Of a stretch of DNA of 64,000 nt, positions 29,961-44,063 are shown piece by piece (position 1 is the first letter of the stretch; every line of letters begins with the position of its first letter). Under the pieces are notes generated by a model that saw only the letters and a list, made by a program, of their open reading frames with translations, searched no databases and had not been told where the DNA came from. The position numbers and the translations under genes are program-made. The DNA comes from Amoebidium appalachense (lineage: Eukaryota; Protista; Ichthyosporea), in contig CAVNZM010000005.1 of assembly GCA_963693365.1 (NCBI GenBank), positions 12,299,728 through 12,363,727 on the forward strand. Direction: 5' to 3'.

Positions 29961-31669
29961 ACATAAATAACACAGTGTTAACGGTTACAGCGCAAAAGCA
30001 ACGTTATAGAACAGCACATCAGAACATTCAGGTAGTTGAAAAATGCAACGCACGCAAACACGAGCACAGGCTAAAGGCCACACGTGTGCATACTTGATTT
30101 TTTCTTGTTTAATCTTCCCCATTCGGATCAGTGCAACCAAGTGGTAGAGACACCCACATTTACACCTCTCTCCCTTACCCCCACCCCCATTACCTATCCT
30201 GGTGCACACACCAACAAACCCAAACAAGTCATCTAATCATAGTGTCCTCCTCTCACCTACAAGCCCCACCCCCCCGTCCCGCCAACCCCTTGGCAAACAG
30301 GCGCACACACTTCCTCTCTCTTTTAATACTAGCCTCGACTCCTACTTCTTCCAAACAACCGTACACCCTCTGGTCATTGATCCCCCTTCTTTTACATTTT
30401 CAGAAACAATTCTTTAACAATTACATCTTCGTTGAATTTGTATCCCTTCGCTCTGTTCTCCTTACAACGACCTCCCTCCCCGCCCCCTCGTTCGAGGCTG
30501 CCGCCTTCCCCCCACACCACTAAAACACCACTGTTTTCCCCGAAAATTTCCCCCTTTCTCCGACTCCCATTCTCGCTCTTTCTGAACCTCACACTATCAT
30601 CCCTGCTCGCCTCCCCCCCCCCCCCCCCCCCCCCCTCCCCCAAAACACAAACACAACACATACGCACCACCACTACCACCACCAATACAACCCTCCGACC
30701 CTCTCCTCCCCGACCCCTGTCATTTCCAGAGGGTTTCACCTTTTATGCTCCCCCTCCCCCCCTCCCCCGCCCCCAAAAAAAAAAAGAAAAAGAAAAACAC
30801 CCTTCCTGCCAGGTACCGTCTCCATCCTCATACACGCAGCCCACTTCCGAAGGCTTCCCCACCCCTTCCCCCCGCTACCCTCTCCCCAGCCGCCCCTCCC
30901 TCCCTCCCCCCTCCCCCCTCCCCACCCCACCCCCCTCCCCCCCCGTTCTCTCTCTTCCCTCTAACCGTCTCTATTTTAGGCTCCAAGCCTGCCTTTACTC
31001 CCGAACTAGCTGTATCCCTCTCTCGACACATCATCAACACAACCGCACAACAAGATCCATGTAATCAGCAACCCCAGAACACACCTGCACACTAAGGCGT
31101 CGAGGACTTTGACGCTCTCAATGAGTTAAAGTAAAACACTTGGCATGGCTGGCGAATGCCATACATGCTTGCCCGTGACACTACGTTCAACGGGGCGAAA
31201 CTCCAAGCTGTGTTTCAGCCCTCTTTCCGACCGAGTGGCAGGATGAAGCCAAGTGGATGGTGAATGTTTGTTTAGCAGCTACTTGAGCGAAATCTACGTA
31301 TATATTGTTTACCTGCTTTATAGGCGGGAACTTATGCTTGGTGCACTTTTTTTTTAATTAATCCTTTGTGCGTATATGCTCCGTATGTCAAGGGAACCAC
31401 CATGCATGTTACGTTGAACCACTGCTTGGCAACTGAACATGCACATGTTATGCTGCCAAGCTTGATCCCTTTACCCCGCCAAAAAAAAAAAAATGAAAGA
31501 TCAATTCCAGCAAGCAAACGTGGTGTACTTTTCTGGACATCTGCCCTCAACTGCCTAACATTTTCCGCCTCAATATGAGTAATAAGAAACCGAGTCCAGG
31601 GAAAAAAGTCCGAATTTGTACTGACACAGTTGTGTGATTCCGACCTGATTTATATACTTGTCATTTAGC

Positions 31670-32320
31670 GATGTGATTGGTCAATACATTACGCCAATCA
31701 GATGCCTGCGCGCAAACTTCGATTTTGTGGATTCAGAGACTTGTTGTCAAGTTTAGTCAAAGCAAGACCTAAACTCAAACAGCTAATCAGTGTTCAACCG
31801 ATCCCCCCACTTTGAAATTCCGCTGTAGCTGGTTGGTATAGGATCGCGGTGCGCTTAGCGATTGGCTACAAATCAATAAAAACAGAATGCCGATACGTAA
31901 ACAACCAATCAAACGTATTGTGTTTAGCAACGTAATTCTGGGGGTAACCATTGGGTCGCAGTCTGTCGCAGTTTCATCGTCATCTGTCGTATTATCTTGC
32001 TGACGTCATCGGTTCGATCAGGATCGCTCTCGAGGAGAAAATTCTAAGTCTTATGGCCCTCTCGTAGTGTAGACTTGTGTTGCACGTGACTGTATTTGTG
32101 CTGCGCACCTCTAAACTTAAGTTTACCAAATAGTTACGTTGTTTTGAAAAGTTTTATAAATGTTCCTCCAATAATTAAAATCTTTTAGCGATTCAAAGGT
32201 TTCCGCGCAATTGCCGTCTTTTTGGGCCAGTCACAGAGCCGCAAAACCACCCAAGTCCATACGCCGGAAGTCCCCGCGCACCTGATTGGACAAAACACGA
32301 TCCGATGACGTAAAATCAGG
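31670..32320. promoter_or_regulatory. Putative divergent promoter region
   Basis: Microsatellite-free, several CCAAT/ATTGG boxes and a TGACGTCA site (~32001); lies between minus-strand SPRING1 and plus-strand ORFs. Confidence 0.35.
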
Positions 32321-32554
32321 GGAGAACGATTCGATCCCCAAGCGACATAAAGGGGCCGTCAGGCCCCTTTAGCGGGGGGTTGGGGGGCGGCAGCCCCCCC
32401 ATTTAGGGCCCAGACACACATAGGGTTATGGTTATTGGGTTTATGCTTTTTATTTTTGTAAATTATTATCAATTATTGTATTTTTTTAGCCGGTTATCAT
32501 CCGATCTCCCTATACCTAGGGCTTCCTTCGTATAGACCCATTGCCGAGCGCTAT

Positions 32555-33082
32555 GTGGAATGGCTGGCGACCCCCCCGGAGGTACGGCTAGATCATAGTG
32601 TGAATATGAATAGTTTCAAGTCTATGGCTGATAGATATCTTTTTACTCTACGTGTTGAGTCCCTTCCGGTGTTAGGACCGCACAAACACCAACTACTAGT
32701 AGCCTATATGGCGGATACGGTTAGAGAGTCTCGTTCATACATAGATTCGTTTATTCGTAATGTGGTGTGGTGTAAAAACGCAAAGATGATTATGGCTTGG
32801 CGGTGTAATCGGTTTCTGGTGTCTCCTGCTCGTATGTGTAATATGTGTGGGGGGCGGTTTACTCGCGGCTGCATATCTATCAATAAATGCAACCTGTTAG
32901 CTAATGTATTAGAACCGGAGGTTATTGGCGGTTTTATTCTCTTTTCTTCATCTCTTCCTCAATATATCCGTTTTAAGATGACTATCCTAGATCACCTTAT
33001 TAATGCTGCACAGTATGATATTGTGATCCGGTGCCTTAACTTTCTGTCGGAGCTACCGATGCTAGCATCTGCTTACCCATAA
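32555..33082 (+). CDS. Hypothetical protein with Cys cluster (CNMC), possibly virus- or transposon-derived
   Basis: 175-codon non-repetitive ORF; the frame stays open upstream to a T-rich ag acceptor at ~32489; T-rich third positions unlike neighbouring genes; true start unclear. Confidence 0.5.
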   Translation: MEWLATPPEVRLDHSVNMNSFKSMADRYLFTLRVESLPVLGPHKHQLLVAYMADTVRESRSYIDSFIRNVVWCKNAKMIMAWRCNRFLVSPARMCNMCGGRFTRGCISINKCNLLANVLEPEVIGGFILFSSSLPQYIRFKMTILDHLINAAQYDIVIRCLNFLSELPMLASAYP

Positions 33083-33670
33083 TATGTAATAGGGGTGTCA
33101 GATACTACGATGGCGCTCATTGTTGCCTAGCATGTACATATGTCACTGGCTGCATTTGATTGGCTGTGCTGGAAAACGCAGTAGGCCGTCGAATGTGGCT
33201 GGGCCTCCGGCAATGTCCACGCAATAAAAAGTGTGTAAACCCCTATAGACCTACCTCCCGCAAAACGTACCAAATATGGATCCACGCGCCTTCTTAGTTC
33301 TAGTTTTGATCTTGCGAATTTGCGATTGGCTGTTCGACCTTGGAGTTTGCTTTGAGTCAACAAAACTTCCTCTCTTGCTGAGTTTATGAGTTTGGACTTA
33401 CAAACAAAAACTGTTCATGTGTACACGTGCAATTGAGAACAATAGTACAGGAGAAGAAAAAGCATGGGGCCCTTTTTCATGATCCCTATGACTCGTAATT
33501 TTAGCATCACTGTGCCGCATTTTGTTGTTCTCTAATTCATCACAAATTCTCCCGTTTAAGTTAGCCAACCTCAGGCTAACGTCATTAGATCCGCCTTCTA
33601 ACTCAATCTTACATTCTAACTGGCAACCATATTTAGCCTGTGCATATAGACTCTACACACACAACTTTCA

Positions 33671-34355
33671 ATGATGGCGGTTGTGCGCACGAGGCAGTAC
33701 ACCTGTAGTTCTTGTGGCATGCAGGGCCACAACAAAACAACATGCGGCAAGCGTGCAAAGGAGGGTGCCGAGCCCAAGAACCTAGATCTTGCACGGGAAA
33801 AAGTACATGTGGAGCCAGACCCTCCAGGAAACATCCAAAAAAACGAAGAGAATTCCGGGGTATTTTCTTTTTTCACCGCTGCTCTCAAAGATGCTTTGCC
33901 AGCCCACCCAGAAATCGAGGCTGAGGGAGTGAGGGTCGAGCAAAGAAACGAAAACATAGGTAAGAATATCCCTTTAGCACCACCGGCTCGCACATACAAT
34001 AATCATATACTAGAAGATAGAACCAAGATGGATAGTTTCTGTCCTTCTCCCGTAGAAAATCATAACAAGAATAATCCCAAACCGCAACAAGTACTACCTA
34101 CTTCCGCTTCTTCATTTGTACCTAGACATTCAGATTCAAACGTAACAGTAGCTGCCGATCAACACCAGGAACCAAAACAAAGACGAGCCACATGCACACA
34201 CGTAGCCGACGGCTGGTCTTCGTGGGTGCCTGCAGACGCTCACAGGCTGGCTCCAGACGTGCCGGGAGTCTATCAATACTCTACGGCAGGCACAGAGGAG
34301 AGTGTGGTCTATGTTGGTGGAAACCCAAGGAACGGCACCATACGGTGATGCATAT

Positions 34356-34387
<32 letters not shown>

Positions 34388-34503
34388 CCTCTTTCCCGTC
34401 CCCCCTCCCCCCCCCCCCCCTAATCCCCTTTCCGGGTCCTTTCATTCCTCCCGCTACCTATCCATTCCCCCCAGTTCCTGCAGCTGCCTCCCTTCCCTAG
34501 CCC

Positions 34504-34540
<37 letters not shown>

Positions 34541-34629
34541 ACACACACACACACACAAAAAAAACAGAAAAAAAACCTTACATTTCCCTTGCGTTGTTCC
34601 TTCCATCCCCCCCCCCCCCCCCCCCAAAA

Positions 34630-34706
<77 letters not shown>

Positions 34707-34733
34707 TTTCCCTCTCCCTTTCCCTCCCTAGAG

Positions 34734-34764
<31 letters not shown>

Positions 34765-35368
34765 TGCTCTTCGTGCAAGATAACACTATTGGAGTTTCAC
34801 ACAAAATGATCAAGCATTTGGCTTCTCCTTCAGCTCCGATACGTTGTTTTGTGCTCTAAAAAATCCAAAAAAACACACATCCATCCCCCTCGAGTCCACT
34901 AATACCACATTCCATCCAGGACACGACTACAGAAGCACTGGCTTTTCCCTGGAAATTACGAAATCGACCGCCTTCTAGAATCCAGTAGAATAGACGGAAC
35001 AACCATCTACGCTAGGTGGCGGGAAAGAACGTGGTACCCTCCCTCGGTGTATCTCACAAACAGTGAAGAAGCGTGGGAGATGAAGGAGTACATACAACAC
35101 AACGGAGGTGTACTCCCGAGGTACGTTGGTTTGGATTATTGGTTCTATTTTCCCGAAAAAGGGCGCCTTTCTCTCATAGGTCCCGCACACAAACACATGC
35201 ACAACCACACACAGGCACAAAACATACACATATGCACACTCAACTTCCTTCTTCATTAACCTGCACCTTAACCCCATCCAGTGCACACCTGCACACCTAC
35301 ACAGCCACCTCCCACACATACACACAAACACAAAAACAAAAACCACACAAACAAAAACCACACAAACA

Positions 35369-35399
<31 letters not shown>

Positions 35400-35552
35400 G
35401 CGCGCACACACACACACAAACACACACACACACACACACACACTAACAGACACACATTTGAGTTCGTACATCACACCAAGTACAATGCCTCCACCAACGG
35501 CCCACCTGACGTGCATCTTTGTACACACATGCATTATGGCAAACTCCAGTAG
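33671..35552 (+). CDS. CCHC zinc-knuckle plus GIY-YIG nuclease-like domain protein
   Basis: Exon 33671-34344: [14 protein letters not shown], then [10 protein letters not shown]...VVYVGG. Exon 34920-35120: IRTRLQKH...IYARW...[19 protein letters not shown] probable last exon ~35480-35552 supplies YN; its junction is off by one base. Confidence 0.72.
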
Positions 35553-36036
35553 GTCTTCTTGTGGCTGGAGGGGGGGAGGGGGGGGGGGGCAGGAACGTGG
35601 CAAAGTGGGTTCGGAGAGGGTAGAGGGAACGGGGGTGCACCTGAGCTACTAATGATATGAGGGTGGGTGAGAGGGGTGGTGGGTGGGTTTGTTGGTTGGG
35701 GAGAGAGGGGGGGGGGGGGCTGTCTAAGAAGGAGCGCACGGAGAAAGGAGGAGAGTGTTGGTGTGAGTGTATTATGAAGGTGGGGAGGGGGAGAAAGAGT
35801 GGGTAAGACGGGAGGTGCGAACGCCGGTGAACTGGGGGGGGGGGGGGGGGGGGTAGGAGGGAGGGAATGGGTGGACCAATAGGGTGAAGGAGGATCATAA
35901 AATGATGTATCACACATTCTGGCAATGGCCTCAGTTTCAAGAACAATAGGGGGGAATGAGGCTGTACGATCTCTGCATGCCTGGGGTGTGTGCATTTTCT
36001 GTGTGTGTCTGGGTGAGTATGTGGGATTTGGGAGGT

Positions 36037-36073
<37 letters not shown>

Positions 36074-36566
36074 GGAGGTTTGGGGGCGGGGCAGGGGGGG
36101 GGGGGGGGGGGGGGGGGTATAATGGCAACCTTGGAAGAAGGCTGGAGGCATCCACAGTGCTTCTTGTTTTCATGTTTTTTGGGGTTTTTTTTGGTTGGGG
36201 GAGGGGGTTTAGCCCACACTGACTGGTTTGGCTAGGTGCAACCTCCGACACGAGACCCTGGGCCCAGCACTGACTATCGTGTTTAGTTCCTGCCACAGGA
36301 ACCAATCAGGTATGAGATGTATTTTTATAACAGTTTATGCAGCGGAGAGAAATGTAAAAATGTGGGTGCACGCGAGTGGTTTTATGTGTGTGTGCTTGTG
36401 TCCGAGTCACACAGCGTGTGTGTGGCAGTATGTGTTTGTATGATTTGGTAGGTTATACGGTGTGTGCTACATTGGGCTCCATCTAGCGATATTACAAAAT
36501 TTGGATCACCCACAATCCTTCCCCCCCCCCCCCACCACCACCACCACCACCACCACCACCACCACC

Positions 36567-36641
<75 letters not shown>

Positions 36642-36901
36642 ACACATGCACACCACCACCACCACCACAAAAAAAAAAAAAGTCCCTTACAGCGCAAACC
36701 TCCCTCCCTCTCTACCTCTCTGTGCTGCTGTCTCTCCCTCACTCCCCCCCCTCCCCCTCCCCCCCTTTTTTTTTTTTTTTTTTTGGTTGACAAGCAGTGA
36801 AAGCAGCCAGATGGAAGTAGTTTGGGGTTTCGGTAGTGACAATGGCAAAAGGCGAGGCACAAAGAAGACGAAGAGGAACGAAAGAAAGAAGGAATTTTTT
36901 C

Positions 36902-36943
<42 letters not shown>

Positions 36944-37270
36944 CTGAAGTCATGCTTTGCGATTAAGGGTGGTTTTGGTGGAACGAAAAATGCCCTGGTA
37001 CGGAAACGCCACCAATGCTTCTGGCTTTATTTTGACAATGGCCACATGCATCATCTAAAGCACATGACTGGGCTCGCTAATCATTTAACCTTACACAGAA
37101 ACACTTTGATGAGTCAAACACATTGAATGGCTCTTTGAGAGAATAAGGATACTACCTGGCCTTGGGGGTGATCATGAACCGGCTGCAGCATTCGAGCTCC
37201 CACCAGTTTCGAGTTGACCTGCAAGTGTGTCAACCTCACGTGTGAAGACACACTAGGGAGGGTGGGGGAA

Positions 37271-37309
<39 letters not shown>

Positions 37310-39040
37310 CTTCAACAATCTCCCCATCCCCCCATCCCCCTCCCGAACCCCCCTCCCTACCATCTCCTCCTCTTCCTCTTCCCCCCCCTGCCCCCCCCCT
37401 TTACCATCGCCCCCTCCCCCCCCCCCCCCCCCCCTCCCCCCCGCCCCGTTCCCCTTCCTCCATTCTACCATCTCCCCGTCGTCCCCTTCAGCAAACCCCT
37501 CAGCCCCTTAAACGGTCCCCCCCCCCCCCCCGAGGCTCCCCCCCGGGCCCCCCCCTCCCCCTACACACGCTTCCCCGGGTGGGCTGGGGCCTTGACAGTG
37601 GGGTTGCCAGGTTAAGTGACGATTTGTACTCGTCTGTCCTGTGAAAACTACATAGCAGGTTCCTTGAATATCGGCATGCCTGGTCTTAAGTTATTGGGGG
37701 TGCCCATCAGTAGATGTGCTTGTACGGTTTCTGGCAAAGAACAACTGGGGTTCTCAATAAAATCAATGTCCCGTGCTCTAAAGTTCTATCAGACATGCAG
37801 ATTGAGTAGTACTGAATGCAAGAATTCTTGGGACATAGGCACACACTAGCACAGGGTCGACGCCACCGTGTGTGTGTGTGTGTGTGGTTGGGTGGGTGGG
37901 TGGGTTGGGGGGGGGGGGGGGGGGGGGGGGGAGGGGTACCAACATATTTATGGCCATGCACACACACTACGCCATGCATATGCATATGTGCAATATGTAC
38001 GATATATCATGATTTGTACCATATGATACCACACCTGCGAGTACTCCCACGTGCAAAATGTTAATATATGAACACCAATAAAGGTTTAGATAGGCCACAA
38101 GCTCCTTTAAAAAAAAATAAAAAAATTCATACCGAAAACAATGCCCAGTTTATTATTCCCCAGGGGTGCCATTGCCTTCCCCAACACTCCAGGTGTTTCC
38201 AAAATCAAATTTTTAAAGATTACATCATTTGGTACCCGCATACACACAAATCAACCCGGAGTCAATAAGATGTTCTCCGTAATGAGAGGCTCGGCAGGAG
38301 ACACATGAATCAGAATGGCAAAAGGCCTTTACTCCCCCCCCCCCCCCCCCCCCCCCCCCAACCCCCCGGGGATACAATGATGCCCACAGATCACTAAACC
38401 GACAAATGTCCATCACAGGAGCATAAACCCATGGTCAACTATTGTCTCTAGGGATTCTAGAATAGATTTTTGTGCTTTGGTTTCTCACATCACAACACTT
38501 AGTCTACTGTATTAACCACCTCTGGGCCAAAGCAAACAAAAAAAACAAATTTGTTGCTTTACTTGTAATGGAGACTAGTAGTCATACTCGCACCTGGATG
38601 GTAACAGCCAATCAAAAGGATCACAACGGGCTGTTTAGCCTAAAATGGAAAAAATCAATCGCAACTCACATACATATGAAGTCACAGAGGCAAACTACAC
38701 AGTGCACTGCAGCATAAAACGACTGAATTATATGCCAGAACATACCATTATCAGGCCCCAGCTCGAATGGTAACGTAAACCCACAGTCACAGTTCCCCGA
38801 TACAGCCTCCCCCCCCCCCCCCCCCCCCCCATTAATTATGCACCTGCAACTAACCTACCAAAAACAACAGAAACCGAGTAAACATAAAAAAAAAAGATGT
38901 TAAGAAACAATAGCTGTTATCACCGTCTCCTTTTTAGGATGCCTGCACACGAGCACAAGTTCATCGCTGCTGTGCACCTGACCTGCTGAGATCCACACCC
39001 CCATGAACACCCTGCAACACAGTGGGTGAGTAAGAGGAAA

Positions 39041-39082
<42 letters not shown>

Positions 39083-39748
39083 GGGGGAAGAGAGGGGAGG
39101 CGGAAGATAAGGGGAGAAATGAAGGGAGGAGGAGGGGGGGAAAGGGAGGGGGGGGGAGATCTAGAAGGGAGAACAGGGGAGAGAAGCGGGCAGGGGCTGG
39201 GGAGAGAGAGACGGGGGTTACTAGGGACGGTGGGAGGGAGGGGGGGAAAGGGGGGAGAGGCGGTAAGGGGGGGGGGGGGGGGGGGGGGGGGGGGGTAAGC
39301 GGAGAATAATATTGGAGTGAGAGAGCCCAAAAATCAGGGGAGCAGGAGGCGTGGGAGGGAGGGGGTATAGAGAAGCGAGAACAGGGGAAAGAAGCGAGCC
39401 GGGGCCCGGGGGGGAGGGGAAGGGAGAGGGGACCAGGGAGGGTGGAGGGGCAGAAGGGGAACGGGGGGAGCTTTGAAGCTGAGAGAGGGAGGTGAAGGGA
39501 GTGGGGCAAGGAGAGGAGAACAGGGATTGTGAACGAGAAAGGGTGGGGGAGGTGATGGAGAGGAGGAGGGGTAGGGAGAGGGAGAAGAAAAAGGGGAGGA
39601 GGAGGAGGAGGGAGAGGGGGATGGAGAGCGAGGGAGGGAAAGAGAGAGAGAGAGGGTGAGCTCGGAGTGCTGGTGTGTAAACCTGGGTGTGTGCTGGTGG
39701 TGTGTGTGTGCATGTGTACTATATATATATATCTATCTGTGTGTGTGT

Positions 39749-39798
<50 letters not shown>

Positions 39799-40211
39799 GG
39801 GTGCATTGGTGCAACTTGAGTGTACGTACACATACACTCGACTGCGGACAGTGGAATTGGCATCTAGATCTGGTGGGTGGTCTGCTGGTGTGCAAGCACG
39901 TGCACTAATGTATATAAACCGAATTATCTTTCGTATCTTGGCCTCAGGCCGAGGGGGGAGAGAGGTGGGGTGGGGTGGGGGGAGGGGGGGATCTATGCAC
40001 TAGAGGGGTGAAGTTACAGAAGCAAAGACAACGGAAAACAAATCACAAGGCAAAGATACCAAACTAAGTCAACTTCAAGTACTACTCTGTGTGAGTTAGC
40101 AAGCACTGTGAGTGAGAGAGTGAGTGTGTGGGTATGTGAGTATGTGTGTATGTGTATCGATGTGTTTGTGCATGTGTGTCTGTGTGTGTGTGTGGCAGAT
40201 GTGTGTTTTCT

Positions 40212-40273
<62 letters not shown>

Positions 40274-40343
40274 TGTGTGTGTGTGCGTGTGTGCACGTAT
40301 GTGTGTGTGTGTGTGCACGTGTGTGTGCTGTAGAGGGATGAAA

Positions 40344-40375
<32 letters not shown>

Positions 40376-40379
40376 CTTC

Positions 40380-42480
40380 ACCGGTGACCTGTCAAGGGAC
40401 GAGCCTCTTCCGAATCGCCCTCTGCAAGTCAGCAACGCCGTCTGTTGCTTTTCTAGCTGCTGCATCAGATAACCATCAAAGGGATCGAGTTGCAAGCTGA
40501 CTGAACCGAGTGTGATTTTGGGGCACGCAGCCAATGCCGATATGTCGATTTCAGGTGAAAAGATCGACACATTGCAGAGGCTTTCTCCTGCGAGGGTCCC
40601 CAGCGTGCGGATTTCATTTACACAAAACAGTGTGGGCGATTGGATGGTGGGTATGTGGGCCAGTAAGCCAATGTCCTTTAATTTCCTGCTATAGTTGAGT
40701 TCTATATGGGTCAGCGCTCCGACATTTGGGGGCACACTGCCGAGTGAACGAAGCGATGCACAATGCCCGATGGTGAGGCTCTGAAGCTTGCAAAGGCTGG
40801 TGAGGTGGAAAAGCGTGGTGTCTTGGAGGCCACATAACTCAAGGCGAACTAGGGAGGTGGGTAAACCGATGGTGTTCATATTGACAGGGGGGTTGACGAT
40901 CTTTAAATCTTCTAGCGCATTGCAGAGTGAAAGAAAGCTATATGTTGGGTCGTTCAAACTTGGGGTGCTTTCCAAGACCAACTGCATGAGGTGTTTGTGT
41001 GATGATGTTGCTCTAATGCATGCAAGGTTACTAAGTGTATCAAGCATAGAACTGAAAGATTAGGATGGTGATCCAAACTCTTTAGATGCCGAAGCGCCTT
41101 GCATAGTTTCGCAATGGCACAGTCTTAGCTTGATTGTGGTGATTGCTGTGAAAGGTGCAAGTGCGTCTATGCAGAATTCAGCAACACCATAAAGTATTAG
41201 GGACTTCAGTGTTTGTGTTTGGCCGGACAGACACGACACTGTTGCCAGTGCATCAATGGAAAATGGCGACATTTTAGCAAAAAAATGAAACGACTCTACC
41301 CTCTGTGATTGAAATTCCGGTACGCCTGTCGGAATCCTAGTGCACGACAGAGAGACGCGGCGTAACCGAGGACAGGCTGCCAAAGCCCCCACATTCAAAG
41401 GTTGAAGCACGTCAAACTCAACCACCTCCAAGCTGGGCAGGATTGGAATCACTAGTAATGGTCTGCGCCGCGCCGAACATTCTGGCTACCCCGGCCATGC
41501 GCACATAACGTGGGTGAGGTTTGGGCAGCCCTGCAACGTTGTCAGTTCAAACGGCGAAACTCCCTTCGCTTCGAGTTTTAAGCGCTCGAGGTTCGGGCAT
41601 GCTGCAAGGAAAACTCCCAGCAGGCTGTCGTTGCTGGTGTGCAGTTCCAGTCGCTTAATGCTACCGTTGTGTGCGAGTGAACCTTGGGAACCTGGGCGAG
41701 CGTCTGTATGCACCACCAAATCTTCCATGTGCGCGCAGTTTTCCCACACACTCCGGACAATTCGCCACAACCTTCCAGTACTGGCCTGCCCGATGCCGAG
41801 GTCAAGGTTAACAGCCTTCACTTTGCCTCTGATGTTGTCGACTAATGACGTGAGGAGTGAAGCCCAGAGTGTACCCGTAGCTGTGGTCCATATCACGTGA
41901 AGGCATTCCAAATTTGGAAGCAGCGGTATCTGACGAAATGTGACCAGAAATTTGTCCTTGTGCTGCTCACGTTTGCCCTCCATCCAGTCAATGTCTAGTC
42001 GTACCGTGCAGATCGCCGCATGCCACGGTTTCGATTTCGCCAACTTGTCAACTACGGCTCCACCAAGTCCATTGAAAGACACGGCCAAAAGCCCGGCCTC
42101 GGGGGACCGAGCGAGGGCGCAGAAACGGCGGCAGGCCAGCGAGAATGCCTTGCGGTCGCTTAATGGTAGAAGCCGGATGATGTGGAGGACAAGCTCGGGG
42201 GGGAGGGCCAGAAGAGGGCTATGCTCTTAGGTAGGAACACGTGTTACAAACAGGGGATGAGATGTGCACAAAAAAGGCGCCCTGCAAACTCATCTGCAAA
42301 AAGGCTGCTGCTATGATGTTCAACGTTTGGGGGGGACGGGAGAAGGGGGAGATAGCCAGAAGAAAAACGGAAGGAGAAGGGAGAGTCGGAAAAGGGGAGG
42401 AACAAAGAGACGGAGAGAAGGAGGGAGGGTGGGAGGGTGGGAGGGAGGGTGGGAGGGAGGGAGAGGGAGGGGGGGAGGAA

Positions 42481-42513
<33 letters not shown>

Positions 42514-42589
42514 GAAAGCGAGACAGAGAGCGCCTAAAAGGAGGAAAAGAGAAGAGAGAGAAGATGTTAGACTAAAAGGGGTGTGTGTG

Positions 42590-42624
<35 letters not shown>

Positions 42625-43253
42625 ATAACGAGCTGCACGGTGCAAAGAGGCGCATCGACTATTCAGACCTAGACAAGCGGGAGGAGGAAACGAAAGACGG
42701 GGACGACTTGAACACACAGAAAGAATGATAAGGAGAGAGGGAGGTATGAGAGCTAGAGGGAGACGTAGAGGGAGAGGGAAAGGGAGAGGGAGGGGGAGGG
42801 GGGGGGGGGGGAGGGAGGGAGGGAAGGACGGACGGAGGGAGGGAGGGAGGGACGGAGGAAGGTAGGGAGGGAGGGTGGGCGGGTGGGTCGGACGGAGGGA
42901 GGCAGGGAAGCAGGGACGGAGGCAGGGAGGGAGGGAGAGAGGGAGGGAGGGAGGCAGGAATGGAGGCAGGGAGGGAGGCAGGGAGGGAGGGAAGGGAGGG
43001 AGGGAGGGAGGGAGGGAGGGAGGGAGGGAGGGAGGGAGGGAGAGAGGGAGGGAGGGAGCGAGGGAGCGAGGGAGGGAGCGAGGGAGAGGGAGAGGGAGAG
43101 GAGGAGAGGGTAAGAGAGAGGAGGAGCGCTGGTATTGGTGGGCATGTCGGAAAAGACAGGAAGCAGGAACCTAAAATGGGCCCAGACCGGGGAAGGGGAA
43201 GGAGGAAGAGCACACTCACCAGCCCTCTTTCGGGTGCTGCTTCGTAGCAACAT
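40380..43253 (-). pseudogene. F-box/leucine-rich-repeat protein gene with disruptions
   Basis: ATG in ccaccATG context at 43253, small exon ~42668-42629, large exon from ~42226 with F-box LLALPPELVLHIIRLLPLSDRKAFSLACRRFCAL and many LRRs (ACPNLERLKL, GCPNLTHV, ACPRLRRVSL, LCKLQSLTI). In-frame stops at 41486-41488 and 41060-41062; 3' end uncertain. Confidence 0.8.
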
Positions 43254-44019
43254 GGTGGCCAGAGATGACTTGCAGTTGAACGATCGGCTGCAGTGGCGAG
43301 CAGCAAACTTAAGTATGCCTGCAGCCTGGGGTGCGCGCTACAGCTTACAAAAACAGCACACTATCGCTAACTCCAACCAAGCACCAACTGGCGAGAAAGT
43401 GCGGTGCACGTGGCAAACTCTGCCAGTCACTGAGAGGACACTGCTCGAACTCTGTGACTAATTTACCAAAATTTACCTACCTTATTTGGCAATTGTTGGT
43501 TCCAAAAAATGATAAAATGTGGCTCACGCGTTTGATTGGCTCTTTTTGGTTTTCCTTCCTTTTCCTTGTTTTTCGTTTGTGCTCTGATGCTTGCTTTATT
43601 TGGTAAGTGCTTTCCGTGTTAGGCAGGTAAACCGTTCAACCGTCGGGTGCATTTTGCTCTATTGCTTTATTTGGCAAATAAACCTGGTTTCAGATTGGTA
43701 CAGCATTTTCAGCGGTTCGGCGGACGGCACAGGAGCCGCAGACTGCAGTACGTGCTGCCCATATTTTCAACTTAAGTTGCTCCTGTCGGTTTTATTGCTC
43801 TCTTGTGGCTCACAATCTGCTCCCCGGGACCCCCACTACTACAACAATACATACGGTTACACATGCCTATGGTTGCAGATAGATCAACTCAACTTGTATG
43901 GACTAAGTCTGGGCCGTATACACACGTTTCCACACTGGCTACGTGCCTATCCCCCCCCCCCCCCGCCTGCGTTCATGCAGTTGCCCCCCTCTGCGATTGG
44001 GTGTCCCCCTTCCCCCCCC

Positions 44020-44063
<44 letters not shown>

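Noticed and set aside
41060-41488. Stop-codon reassignment (TAA/TAG read as sense)
   Set aside because: PFL and tyrosinase end at TAA and the cupredoxin at TAG; an alternative-frame LRR points to indels instead.
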